Shown here: in pieces, positions 42,514 to 51,180 of the stretch
Numbering within the stretch: position 1 is the stretch's first letter
Layout of the letters: the number at the start of each line of letters is the position of its first letter
DNA from: Gammaproteobacteria bacterium
GTDB lineage: Bacteria; Pseudomonadota; Gammaproteobacteria; Pseudomonadales; Pseudohongiellaceae
Length of the DNA: 64,000 bases
Direction: 5' to 3'
Assembly (NCBI GenBank): GCA_002731775.1
Contig: PCCP01000082.1
Location: forward strand, 2,091-66,090
The notes under the pieces: generated by a model
Told to the model about the DNA's origin: nothing
What the model saw: only the letters and a program-made list of their open reading frames with translations
The model's database searches: none
Translations under genes and position numbers: made by a program

Positions 42514-44052
42514 ATGCCATTAGTACATCGCCTTTATGCAAGCTTGCTCCTGCTGCTTGTTGCTCAGCCAGCTGCAGGGGCATCGATCGATGAAACCGTA
42601 GAACTCTGGGTTCGCCCGATCACTGCGGCGCTGTCCTCTGTGGTTCTCTTCGAGATAAATTTCTTCGGCCAGGCGACACCATTAATTGTGCTGTGGTTGG
42701 TCACCGCGGCGCTGTTTTTCACCTTGTATATGGGCTTTATAAATATTCGTGGATTCGCTCAAGCGATCAGACTGATTCGAGGTGACTACACAGACCCTGC
42801 CGCCAAAGGTGAAATCTCACATTTTCAGGCAGTATCCACTGCGATATCAGGCACCGTGGGCATCGGCAACATTGGCGGCGTCGCCGTGGCGATTGGCATA
42901 GGTGGGCCGGGGGCGGCTTTTTGGCTAATGCTTGCGGGCTTTTTGGGTATGTCGACGAAACTGGTTGAATGCACATTGGGTGTCAAGTATCGCAAGTATA
43001 ATCCTGACGGTTCAGTTTCTGGTGGTCCCATGTATTACCTGGAGAAATTGTTAGCCGACCGTCACCTTCCCAGAGCCGGAAAACTGCTTGGGGGCTTCTA
43101 CGCCTTGGCGCTGGTCATTGGTTGTTTCGGCATCGGCAATATGTTCCAGTCGAATCAGGCCTATGTACAATTCGTCAATATAACCGGTGGTGAACAAAGC
43201 TTCTTCGGCGAACGCGGTTGGTTATTCGGCTTGATGATGGCGCTCACGGTTGGCGCTGTGATCATCGGCGGCATCCGCTCAATTGCCAAGGTGGCGAGCA
43301 AGATCGTGCCGTTTATGGGGATTCTTTACGTGGTCTCGGCGTTGGTGATTCTCATCATGAGTGCAGAGCATTTGCTGGGGGCTTTTTCACTGATATTCAG
43401 TGAGGCTTTTTCCACTCAAAGTGTGACCGGGGGAATGGTCGGTGCACTGGTGGTTGGTTTTCAGCGCGCGGTGTTTTCCAATGAGGCCGGCATCGGCTCG
43501 GCGTCTATCGCCCACTCCGCTGTGTGCACCGACGAACCGGCTTCTGAAGGGCTGGTTTCATTGCTGGAACCTTTCATAGATACCGTGGTGATCTGCACCT
43601 TAACCTCCCTGGTCATTGTTGCCACTGCCTACCCCGCCGGATTAATGGACTCGGGGCTGGAGGGCATAGAACTAACCTCTGCCGCATTTGAGCATCATAT
43701 AAGTTGGTCGCCCTACCCTCTCGCTCTGGCAGGACTGCTGTTTGCCTTCTCAAGCACACTGGCATGGTCTTATTACGGATTGCAGGGCTGGATCTATCTG
43801 GTTGGCGATTCTTCCCTCGCACAACTCGGTTTTAAAGTGGTGTTCTGCGGCTTTATCGTGCTGGGATGCATGATCCAGTTAACTGCTGTTCTAGATTTTT
43901 CCGACGCCATGGTTTTTCTCATATCGATTCCCAATATTATCGGCTTGTATTTTTTCGCACCGCTGGTAAAACGGGAGGTTAATCAGTACCTGGAAAAAAT
44001 CCGCAGCGGGGAAATAAAGAAGACGGTGAAGTTGGGGACACCTGCAACTTAG
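42514..44052 (+). CDS. alanine/glycine:cation symporter (AGCS) family transporter
   Basis: 512 aa, polytopic. ISHFQAVSTAISGTVGIGNIGGVAVAIGIGGPGAAFWLM is the AGCS signature region. Confidence 0.85.
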   Translation: MPLVHRLYASLLLLLVAQPAAGASIDETVELWVRPITAALSSVVLFEINFFGQATPLIVLWLVTAALFFTLYMGFINIRGFAQAIRLIRGDYTDPAAKGEISHFQAVSTAISGTVGIGNIGGVAVAIGIGGPGAAFWLMLAGFLGMSTKLVECTLGVKYRKYNPDGSVSGGPMYYLEKLLADRHLPRAGKLLGGFYALALVIGCFGIGNMFQSNQAYVQFVNITGGEQSFFGERGWLFGLMMALTVGAVIIGGIRSIAKVASKIVPFMGILYVVSALVILIMSAEHLLGAFSLIFSEAFSTQSVTGGMVGALVVGFQRAVFSNEAGIGSASIAHSAVCTDEPASEGLVSLLEPFIDTVVICTLTSLVIVATAYPAGLMDSGLEGIELTSAAFEHHISWSPYPLALAGLLFAFSSTLAWSYYGLQGWIYLVGDSSLAQLGFKVVFCGFIVLGCMIQLTAVLDFSDAMVFLISIPNIIGLYFFAPLVKREVNQYLEKIRSGEIKKTVKLGTPAT

Positions 44053-44201
44053 CAACTTTAGATCCATTGCTTACAAAAATGAAGCCGTCGCCTAATTTTT
44101 CCCCTCGAACTTTCTTCCGAAAAAGTGGACCAAAATACTTTGCCACTACAGAATAAAACTAATAAAATTGTTAAGTTGTGAGTGTCCTCCGGTATCATTC
44201 T

Positions 44202-45485
44202 ATGTGGTCTCAAGTCTCTCGGCGACTCCCCAAATTTCCAGGATTTTCATTCCTCGCCCTATGTTTTTCATTAGCCTGGATGGTGCACCCATCGGGGTTT
44301 GCTCAAGCCGAATGGCAGAGCCCGGATGCGAGCTGGTTGCGAGAGGTTATGCCTGCTGCTGACATATTTTCCGCCAAGCAAGGTGAGCCGCCCGTTTTCA
44401 GAGCCTTTAAAACAGCATCGGGGACTATCGAGCCGGAATTGATCGGTTATGTGTTTACCACACCGGATTTGCCACCGGTACAGCTTGGTTTCAGCGGTCC
44501 CATCGATACGCTGGTGGGCATGGACTTGCAGGGACGACTCACCGGGGTCAAGATTTTGCACTATCGGGAGTCTTACCAGAGTTTACGTGGTGATTTCATT
44601 GAGGATTCGGGTTTTCCTGAGCAATTCAGAAACAAGAACATCGAAGAAGAATTTCGGGTTGGCAGAGACATCGATGGCATGTCGCGGGCCACCATTTCCA
44701 GCTGGGCTGTTGCTAGAGGCATACGCAATGCTGCTCGCCGGGTCGCCACAGCGTATCTTGCTGATTCCACATTCGTGGCTGAAGCGAACTACGAGACAGA
44801 AGTGCTGTTTTCACTGCAGCAGAAATCCTGGGAGGAATTGATAGAGAGTGATTTTGTAAAACAACTTCTTGTCCCTCTCGATGATCTCACTGAATTGCGA
44901 CTCTTCGTGGCCTACATGGGCCACTACCGGCTCGGTGAATTATTGGTGGGTGCGACGGATTATTCCAACGCCGATCGGGAAGCCAGCATTCGTGTTGAGG
45001 ACGGCAGCATGCTGTTGATCGGTATCGGTGGGAACGCCCCGATGCTGCGACAGCTGAGGTTGGCGGTTCTGCAAAACGGTAGCGTTTATCCGAATCGTCG
45101 AGATCGGTTTGTCTTCGCTGGCAGCGGCAAGAAAGGCAAAATTGCCGGCCAGGTTCAGTTCGCTGCCGTAATGATTCTCGATCCTGCAATAGATATTGCC
45201 CAGCCTTTCAGTGTCATCTACGATACCGGTCCAATTACTGGTGAATTCTCGGAATTCGTCAGTGTTGACTACCAGTTAGCTCCTGAGGTATTGGCTCTGA
45301 TCCAGGCGCCGGCGCTACCAGGCGAACTCTTAACAGCGGGAGCAATGGCGAGTAGTGACCTGATTGAATTGGAAGAAAATCCTCTCGCCAGCTGGATTGT
45401 TCGAAATCTATGGTCAGGAGTAGCCGCATTAGTACTGATTTTCGTTTTAACGCTTGCGACAATTAGTCGCAAAGGGGTGGATTGA
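44202..45485 (+). CDS. exported FMN-binding-domain protein with C-terminal membrane anchor (NosR/RnfG-type FMN_bind)
   Basis: Start moved to ATG 44202. DIDGMSRATISSWAVARGIRNAARRVA resembles the FMN_bind S-G-A-T motif. C-terminal TM LWSGVAALVLIFVLTLATI. Confidence 0.5.
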   Translation: MWSQVSRRLPKFPGFSFLALCFSLAWMVHPSGFAQAEWQSPDASWLREVMPAADIFSAKQGEPPVFRAFKTASGTIEPELIGYVFTTPDLPPVQLGFSGPIDTLVGMDLQGRLTGVKILHYRESYQSLRGDFIEDSGFPEQFRNKNIEEEFRVGRDIDGMSRATISSWAVARGIRNAARRVATAYLADSTFVAEANYETEVLFSLQQKSWEELIESDFVKQLLVPLDDLTELRLFVAYMGHYRLGELLVGATDYSNADREASIRVEDGSMLLIGIGGNAPMLRQLRLAVLQNGSVYPNRRDRFVFAGSGKKGKIAGQVQFAAVMILDPAIDIAQPFSVIYDTGPITGEFSEFVSVDYQLAPEVLALIQAPALPGELLTAGAMASSDLIELEENPLASWIVRNLWSGVAALVLIFVLTLATISRKGVD

Positions 45486-45508
45486 AAGAGGGCAGACCGC
45501 GTTTTCAG
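45485..45508. repeat. R2-type half-site
   Basis: AAAGAGGGCAGACCGCGTTTTCAG, between the stop at 45485 and the phnX ATG at 45538. Confidence 0.7.
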
Positions 45509-45537
45509 TTAGTACAGTAATAACCGGGGAGCAGGCA

Positions 45538-46386
45538 ATGAGCAGCAATTCAGATTTTAACTACAACAGGGAATACCGTGGCAGAATCAAGGCCGCCGTC
45601 CTCGATTGGAGCGGCACCACCGCCGATGCCTACGTGATAGCACCTGCCGTAGTCTTCGTTGAGGTATTCAAGAACCAAGGTGTTGAGATCAGCATGCTGG
45701 AGGCGCGTGGCCCCATGGGTTTGCGCAAGGATCTACACATCAAGGCGCTAACCGAAGACCCGATAATCCGGGAACGATGGAATTCAATCAAGGGTGGCGA
45801 CCCCACCGATGACGACGTCGCCAACATGTTCGAAGAGTTCGTACCTGCACAGTTGGCTTGCCTCCCCCAGTACACCGGTCTGCTACCTGGCGTTGCGGAA
45901 GTGACCCAGCAACTGCAGAAAGACGGCATCAGGCTCGGTGTATCTACCGGTTTCGTGCGCTCGATGGTAGATGTTTTGCTGGCGGATGCCCGCAAACAGG
46001 GATTCAGTCCCGATGCCACGGTCGCCGGTGATGAGGTGGTAAATGGTGCGCGCCCGAAACCTCATATGGTCTACAAGAATCTGGACCTGATGGATATCAC
46101 CTCCATCCAGTCAGTAGTAAAAGTAGATGACACCATCTCCGGCGTTGGCGAAGGCCTGAATGCAGGTTGTTGGGCAGTGGGTGTAGCGCGCTACAGCAAC
46201 TACTTGAACATCAACAGTATCGAGGAAGCGAACAGCCTTGCCGAGATTGAAATTGAGCGCCGCATAGAACAAACACGGGAGATGTTACGCAAATCCGGTG
46301 CCCACTATGTGATTGATAGCATCGTAGATCTGCCAGCAGTCATCGATGACATCAATGCCCGCCTGGTTCGCGGCGAGAGACCCTAG
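45538..46386 (+). CDS. phnX: phosphonoacetaldehyde hydrolase (phosphonatase)
   Basis: Start moved to ATG 45538. AAVLDWSGTTADAYVIAPAVVFVEVF..EARGPMGLRKDLHIKAL and C-terminal INARLVRGERP closely follow PhnX as I recall it. Confidence 0.85.
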   Translation: MSSNSDFNYNREYRGRIKAAVLDWSGTTADAYVIAPAVVFVEVFKNQGVEISMLEARGPMGLRKDLHIKALTEDPIIRERWNSIKGGDPTDDDVANMFEEFVPAQLACLPQYTGLLPGVAEVTQQLQKDGIRLGVSTGFVRSMVDVLLADARKQGFSPDATVAGDEVVNGARPKPHMVYKNLDLMDITSIQSVVKVDDTISGVGEGLNAGCWAVGVARYSNYLNINSIEEANSLAEIEIERRIEQTREMLRKSGAHYVIDSIVDLPAVIDDINARLVRGERP

Positions 46387-46394
46387 ACCCGGTA

Positions 46395-47504
46395 ATGACG
46401 AGTCCAGAATTTCCAGAAAACCCCTATCTCCTGCTTACCCCCGGACCTCTGTCGTCCAGTCAGGCGGTAAAATCCGCGATGTTACGGGACTGGTGTACCT
46501 GGGATAAGGACTACAACAGCATTGTCCAGGAGATACGCGCTGAACTGGTGTCGCTGGCTACCAGAAATCTGGATTGCACTGCGGTGCTGATGCAAGGTAG
46601 TGGAACATTCTGTTTGGAATCCGTGATTGGCACGGCACTGGGTAAAGAAGACAAACTTCTGGTGTTGGCCAATGGTGCTTACGGACATCGTATGGCCAAG
46701 ATTGCCAGGCATCTGGACATTGCGCTGACTGTAATCGATTTCGGTGAAATTGGCGCTGTAGATCCTGGGCAGATAGAGCCCGCGCTGCAAGCTGACCCGA
46801 CAATTACACATGTTGCTGTAGTTCATTGTGAAACGACCACCGGCCGGCTCAATGACATTGTAGCCATCGGTAAGCTGGCAAAGTCGTTCGGCAAAACCTA
46901 TATCGTGGACGCCATGAGTTCCTTTGGCGGCATCGCCATGTCCATGGAAGAAATGCAGGCGGACTATCTTGTCAGCAGCGCTAACAAATGTATTCAGGGC
47001 GTTCCCGGCTTTGGCTTCATCATCGCCAGAAGAGAAGTGATCGAGTCCACAGCCGGGCAGGCACGTTCGCTGAGCCTCGACATGTATGAGCAGTGGCGCA
47101 CCATGGAGCGAGACGAAGGTAAATGGCGCTTTACCTCACCGACGCATGTGGTTCACGCCTTTTCCCAGGCGCTGAAGGAATTACGGGAGGAAGGTGGTGT
47201 TGCGGCCCGCTCCGCCCGGTATTCTGAAAACCAGCGCCTGCTGATTGACGGCATGCGCAAGCTGGGTTTTGAATGTCTACTGCCAGATGGATGCCAGTCC
47301 CCGATTATCACTGCCTTCATCAGCCCCCACGACGCGGGATATTGTTTTGAAGAGTTCTACCTGGCACTCAAGAACAAAGGCTTCGTGATCTATCCGGGCA
47401 ACGTGACGGAAGTCGAGACATTTCGTATCGGAAATATAGGCGAGGTTTACCCTGACGACATCCATCGTCTGCTCAAAATTGTAGCGGAGTCAATCAGTTG
47501 GTGA
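46395..47504 (+). CDS. phnW: 2-aminoethylphosphonate--pyruvate transaminase
   Basis: 369 aa. YLLLTPGPLSSSQAVKSAMLRDWCTWDKDYN, YIVDAMSSFGGI, SSANKCIQGVPGFGFIIA, GKWRFTSPTH, FRIGNIGEVY match PhnW nearly block for block. Confidence 0.9.
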   Translation: MTSPEFPENPYLLLTPGPLSSSQAVKSAMLRDWCTWDKDYNSIVQEIRAELVSLATRNLDCTAVLMQGSGTFCLESVIGTALGKEDKLLVLANGAYGHRMAKIARHLDIALTVIDFGEIGAVDPGQIEPALQADPTITHVAVVHCETTTGRLNDIVAIGKLAKSFGKTYIVDAMSSFGGIAMSMEEMQADYLVSSANKCIQGVPGFGFIIARREVIESTAGQARSLSLDMYEQWRTMERDEGKWRFTSPTHVVHAFSQALKELREEGGVAARSARYSENQRLLIDGMRKLGFECLLPDGCQSPIITAFISPHDAGYCFEEFYLALKNKGFVIYPGNVTEVETFRIGNIGEVYPDDIHRLLKIVAESISW

Positions 47505-47523
47505 CCGCCGGCGCGGAATTTCT

Positions 47524-47605
47524 GGGTCAGGAATTTCGGGGTCAGGTCTTGCATGTTAGCGTAGGAAATTGGGCGTGCTAACACGCAAGACCTGACCCCG
47601 AATTC
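47524..47605. repeat. R3-type palindromic element preceded by an extra GGGTCAG half-site
   Basis: GGGTCAGGAATTTCGGGGTCAGGTCTTGCATGTTAGC ... GCTAACACGCAAGACCTGACCCCGAATTC. Confidence 0.85.
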
Positions 47606-47724
47606 ACTCTATTGCAAGCAGGATGGCAATTCCCGCTACAGAAGGCGTGGACTTGGTAGGAGATAGCTATTAATCTTCCAATACACAATCACTCAACCCT
47701 ACCATATAGTCACAGGAGACACAG

Positions 47725-48117
47725 ATGAGACTCAACAACATGCGCTTCGTAGGCACACTGATTGCGGCGATTACTATCATGTTCGCCGTCGCCGCCCAGA
47801 CCAACGCACAGATGAGCATGACCGGTTCATGGACCTTGGAAGTATCGACCGACCAAGGCGTGACCATGCCCGAACTTACCTTGGTCCAGGAGGGCATGAA
47901 GCTCACTGGACACTATTCGTCCGACGCCCTCGGTGAGAATGATATTACGGGTACCGTGGATGGACGCACCGTCACAATCTCGTTCGAGGCGGACCTGCAG
48001 GGTCAATCGGCCCCGGTCATCTACAAAGGCACGCTCGACGACGAAGGTGTCTGGTCGGGTACGCTCGACATCGCCGGTGGCTTGTTGGGGGGCACGTTCA
48101 CAGCCAAGAAGAAATAG
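47725..48117 (+). CDS. hypothetical small exported protein
   Basis: 130 aa. Signal MRLNNMRFVGTLIAAITIMFAVAAQTNA. Beta-rich sequence ending GTFTAKKK. Confidence 0.55.
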   Translation: MRLNNMRFVGTLIAAITIMFAVAAQTNAQMSMTGSWTLEVSTDQGVTMPELTLVQEGMKLTGHYSSDALGENDITGTVDGRTVTISFEADLQGQSAPVIYKGTLDDEGVWSGTLDIAGGLLGGTFTAKKK

Positions 48118-48120
48118 GTC

Positions 48121-48175
48121 AAAAGGACAGATCATGTTTTAGATGTTTCTGAAAACGTGGTCTGTCACTATTTTT
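48121..48175. repeat. R2-type palindromic element (compact)
   Basis: AAAAGGACAGATCATGTTTT AGATGTTTCT GAAAACGTGGTCTGTCACTATTTTT. Confidence 0.8.
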
Positions 48176-48260
48176 GGTGTAGTTAGCTTTTATTCTCCCC
48201 TGTGCTCTACTGTGGGTATTCATATTGACCGAGGATTACAGAAACTGGAAGAATTGAAAA

Positions 48261-50366
48261 ATGCATGACCATAGCAACATTTCTCCTGCAGGATTCCCTC
48301 ACATCAATTCTGGGTCATGGATTCTATGGGTCTTGATTTTGTGCGTCTCTATTGTGACCTCGGTGGCTGCACAGGAACAGGATCAATCAACCGTCATTTA
48401 CGATATGGCGTATTTTTCGCAATATAGCCCGGTTACCTTGACGGATATGATCCGTAATATTCCGGGCGGCGCGTCCATTCTCGGTCGTAGGGGTGGATCA
48501 CAGGGCAACAATAACCGAGGATTTGGTTCTTCCGATGTACAGGTCTTGATCGATGGCCGACGTATGTCCGGCAAGGTGAATAATATGTCTACCGCTCTGG
48601 CGCGAATTCAGGCTGCACAGGTCGAAAGAATTGAACTGATCCGGGGCAACGCGGAAGGTCTCGATATTCGCAATGAAGGAATTATTTATAATGTGATTCT
48701 GCAGGAGGGGGCAAACGATTCATCCTCCAGTTTCCTGGATGTCGGTGTCACAGAAATCGATGGGATGTCGATGGAGCCAAAGATACTAGCCTCATACAAT
48801 GATTCTCGCGGACTGCTCGATTACGGTCTTAGTTACCAGTACGACACTCGCCCGCGGCTCAGAAATGTCGACGAGGATGTTTTGGATCCAGATCGTACGC
48901 CGAGTCAGTTCCGTGCGTTGGTTACAGAAGAAAACGAAGCCAACCATATCTACACCGGAACGCTCGGTTACGAATTCCAAAATGGTACGCGTCTGCGTTT
49001 GAATGCATTCTATTCCGATAATGAAAAAACTGAAGATAGGCTAGAGGACCAGTTCCTCGTCGGTAGCGGTGCTGCCCAGGATTCATTTGTTATTGAAGAC
49101 GGTGACTTCAGCTTTGAGAATCAGGAATTTGAAATCGGCGGCGATCTGGAATTCGAAGTGGGGAACATTGGTCGGCTTAAAACGCTGTTCGTAGTGAATC
49201 GCACCGAGAACAGGGACGAAATCATTCAGGATACATTAGCGAATGGGGCAAGCACTCGCTTGTTCTCAAGTACCGCCGATTATGATGAGGGCGAAACCAT
49301 TGTGCGCTCTGCCATGACCAGTAGTTTTGGTCGTCATACCCTGGAATATGGCGCCGAGGCCGCCTTTAACACACTGGATAGAACCTTTGCCTTTAATAAC
49401 GATCTGCGAGGTCGTGCCATCGTCGAGGAAGATCGCTATGAAGTGTTCGTCACTCACAGCATTCTCCTGACAGATAAGCTCAGCCTGCAATCGGCCCTCA
49501 CCGGGGAATTCTCTACTATATTTCAAGACAGGGAGGGCGAGACCAACGAACGCAGTTTCCGGTATCTCAAGCCGCGTATTGAACTTCGCTATGATCTGAC
49601 TGCGTCCGACCAATTCCGACTGTTAACAGAGCGTACTGTAAGCCAGCTTAATCTCAATGACTTTGTTGCCAGCCGCAATATCGAGGACGATATCATCAAT
49701 TTCGGTAATCCAGACCTGGAGCCGGAGTCGACCTGGTCCTATTCCCTGGGTTACGAACGACGTTTTGCCAATGATGGCGGCTCGGTAGAATTCAAGGCTC
49801 TGTATGAGAACATTTCTGATCATATCGGCAAAATTCTGATTGGAATCGATGACTCCGGTGTGGGAAATATAGGTTCTGCCTGGAAAAAAAGCCTGGAGGC
49901 TGATCTTAATACCCGCTTTGGCTTTATTGGTTTTCCTTCTGCGGTGTTGACGGTCTCCTACACCTATGAAGATTCAGAGACCACCGATCCGTTCACGGGC
50001 GCGAAGCGCCCATCGCGCAACTCAACCCCCCATTACGTCAGGGTGAGTTTCCGCCACGACCTTGAGAACACTAATTTTGCCTACGGCTTCAGTGCGCACC
50101 GGCGCAGCGGCCGACTACGCCAGGATGTATCTTTGTACGAGATAACCGATTACGAAATTCATTTGTCCAGCGCCTTTGCCGAATATAACGTCAGTTCCGA
50201 TATCAGAGTGCGTTTCGAAGCAGCGCATTTTCTAAATGAAGATGGACGCACGTTCGACAAAACTTTTTATGACGGCAATATTGCCGATGGTGTCATCAGG
50301 CGGATAGATATTCAGGATAACAGGGTAATTCCGGACTTCGTCCTCAGCCTGCAGGCAACGTTTTAA
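48261..50366 (+). CDS. TonB-dependent outer-membrane receptor
   Basis: 701 aa. Plug region DMIRNIPGGASILGRRGG..DVQVLIDGRRMSG. Barrel repeats. C-terminal ...LSLQATF with terminal Phe. Confidence 0.85.
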   Translation: MHDHSNISPAGFPHINSGSWILWVLILCVSIVTSVAAQEQDQSTVIYDMAYFSQYSPVTLTDMIRNIPGGASILGRRGGSQGNNNRGFGSSDVQVLIDGRRMSGKVNNMSTALARIQAAQVERIELIRGNAEGLDIRNEGIIYNVILQEGANDSSSSFLDVGVTEIDGMSMEPKILASYNDSRGLLDYGLSYQYDTRPRLRNVDEDVLDPDRTPSQFRALVTEENEANHIYTGTLGYEFQNGTRLRLNAFYSDNEKTEDRLEDQFLVGSGAAQDSFVIEDGDFSFENQEFEIGGDLEFEVGNIGRLKTLFVVNRTENRDEIIQDTLANGASTRLFSSTADYDEGETIVRSAMTSSFGRHTLEYGAEAAFNTLDRTFAFNNDLRGRAIVEEDRYEVFVTHSILLTDKLSLQSALTGEFSTIFQDREGETNERSFRYLKPRIELRYDLTASDQFRLLTERTVSQLNLNDFVASRNIEDDIINFGNPDLEPESTWSYSLGYERRFANDGGSVEFKALYENISDHIGKILIGIDDSGVGNIGSAWKKSLEADLNTRFGFIGFPSAVLTVSYTYEDSETTDPFTGAKRPSRNSTPHYVRVSFRHDLENTNFAYGFSAHRRSGRLRQDVSLYEITDYEIHLSSAFAEYNVSSDIRVRFEAAHFLNEDGRTFDKTFYDGNIADGVIRRIDIQDNRVIPDFVLSLQATF

Positions 50367-50367
50367 T

Positions 50368-50425
50368 AAAAATGAGACCAGAGTAAATATACAATACTGT
50401 ATAATTACTCTGACCCCATTTATAA
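50368..50425. repeat. R4-type palindromic element (compact)
   Basis: AAAAATGAGACCAGAGTAAATATACAATACTGTATAATTACTCTGACCCCATTTATAA. The right arm ends 19 nt before ATG 50445. Confidence 0.8.
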
Positions 50426-50444
50426 CCCCAGGGAGGAGACTGCT

Positions 50445-51140
50445 ATGAGCCGAGAGCAAGAACAGGATTTGTTCGGCCGGGCCAAATCAGGCCATCCGGT
50501 CGATGATAGAGTCAGTCGACGTGACTTACTGGTCGCCAGCACTGCGGCGGCGGCAACGCTCATGCTATCCCCAGCTGCACTGGCACAATCGGGCCGATCA
50601 AAATTCAGACGTATTCCACCCCAGTACATCGCCGCCCTGAGTGATCCCCAGGCACAATCCGGCAGCAATGCCCAGGAGTGGGGTTTATGGCGCAAAGACC
50701 CTGGTCCCCGTGGTGTCGATCTGGATGACTATGACAGATTGCAGGCCAACGGCGGTGTTGCCCCGGCAAAATGGACCTTCGATAGCAAGAATTGGTGGCT
50801 GGAGGAACATGGCCTGATTATGGAACAACCTGAATTCCCACTCCCTGCTGGTCTTTATCTGGTCACCGGTGACCGCCGGGCTCAGGCTGCGCTGACTGTG
50901 CATCCCATGTCCAGTGACGGTACTCAGAATTGGGAGCTCGACAACAACGCGTCGATCTATGACGTGACCCATCTGCGCTGCCGCTCCGGTCGTTACACGC
51001 CGGCAAACGGTGCTCCTTCGTGCTCGCCTGCCACAGCGAAGAAGTCAGACTTTCCTGTTCGACCAGGAGCGGCGATGCCCGGGGTCGATGGCTGTAATAA
51101 GCAGGATTATTCAGTTTTGATCGTGATTGGGATTGGTTAG
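50445..51140 (+). CDS. hypothetical Tat-exported protein
   Basis: 231 aa. Leader VSRRDLLVASTAAAATLMLSPAALA. No family recognised. Confidence 0.55.
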   Translation: MSREQEQDLFGRAKSGHPVDDRVSRRDLLVASTAAAATLMLSPAALAQSGRSKFRRIPPQYIAALSDPQAQSGSNAQEWGLWRKDPGPRGVDLDDYDRLQANGGVAPAKWTFDSKNWWLEEHGLIMEQPEFPLPAGLYLVTGDRRAQAALTVHPMSSDGTQNWELDNNASIYDVTHLRCRSGRYTPANGAPSCSPATAKKSDFPVRPGAAMPGVDGCNKQDYSVLIVIGIG

Positions 51141-51155
51141 ATTGCTTGTGGGGGG

Positions 51156-51180
51156 TAAAAATGGGGTCTGTCCCTATTTT
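51156..51180. repeat. R2-like half-site
   Basis: TAAAAATGGGGTCTGTCCCTATTTT. It contains the TAG stop (51176-51174, minus strand) of the acetoacetyl-CoA synthetase gene. Confidence 0.75.

Noticed and set aside
48176-48260. Cobalamin or other riboswitch upstream of the TonB-dependent receptor.
   Set aside because: The leader is only about 85 nt after the R2 repeat and lacks B12-box-like sequence.
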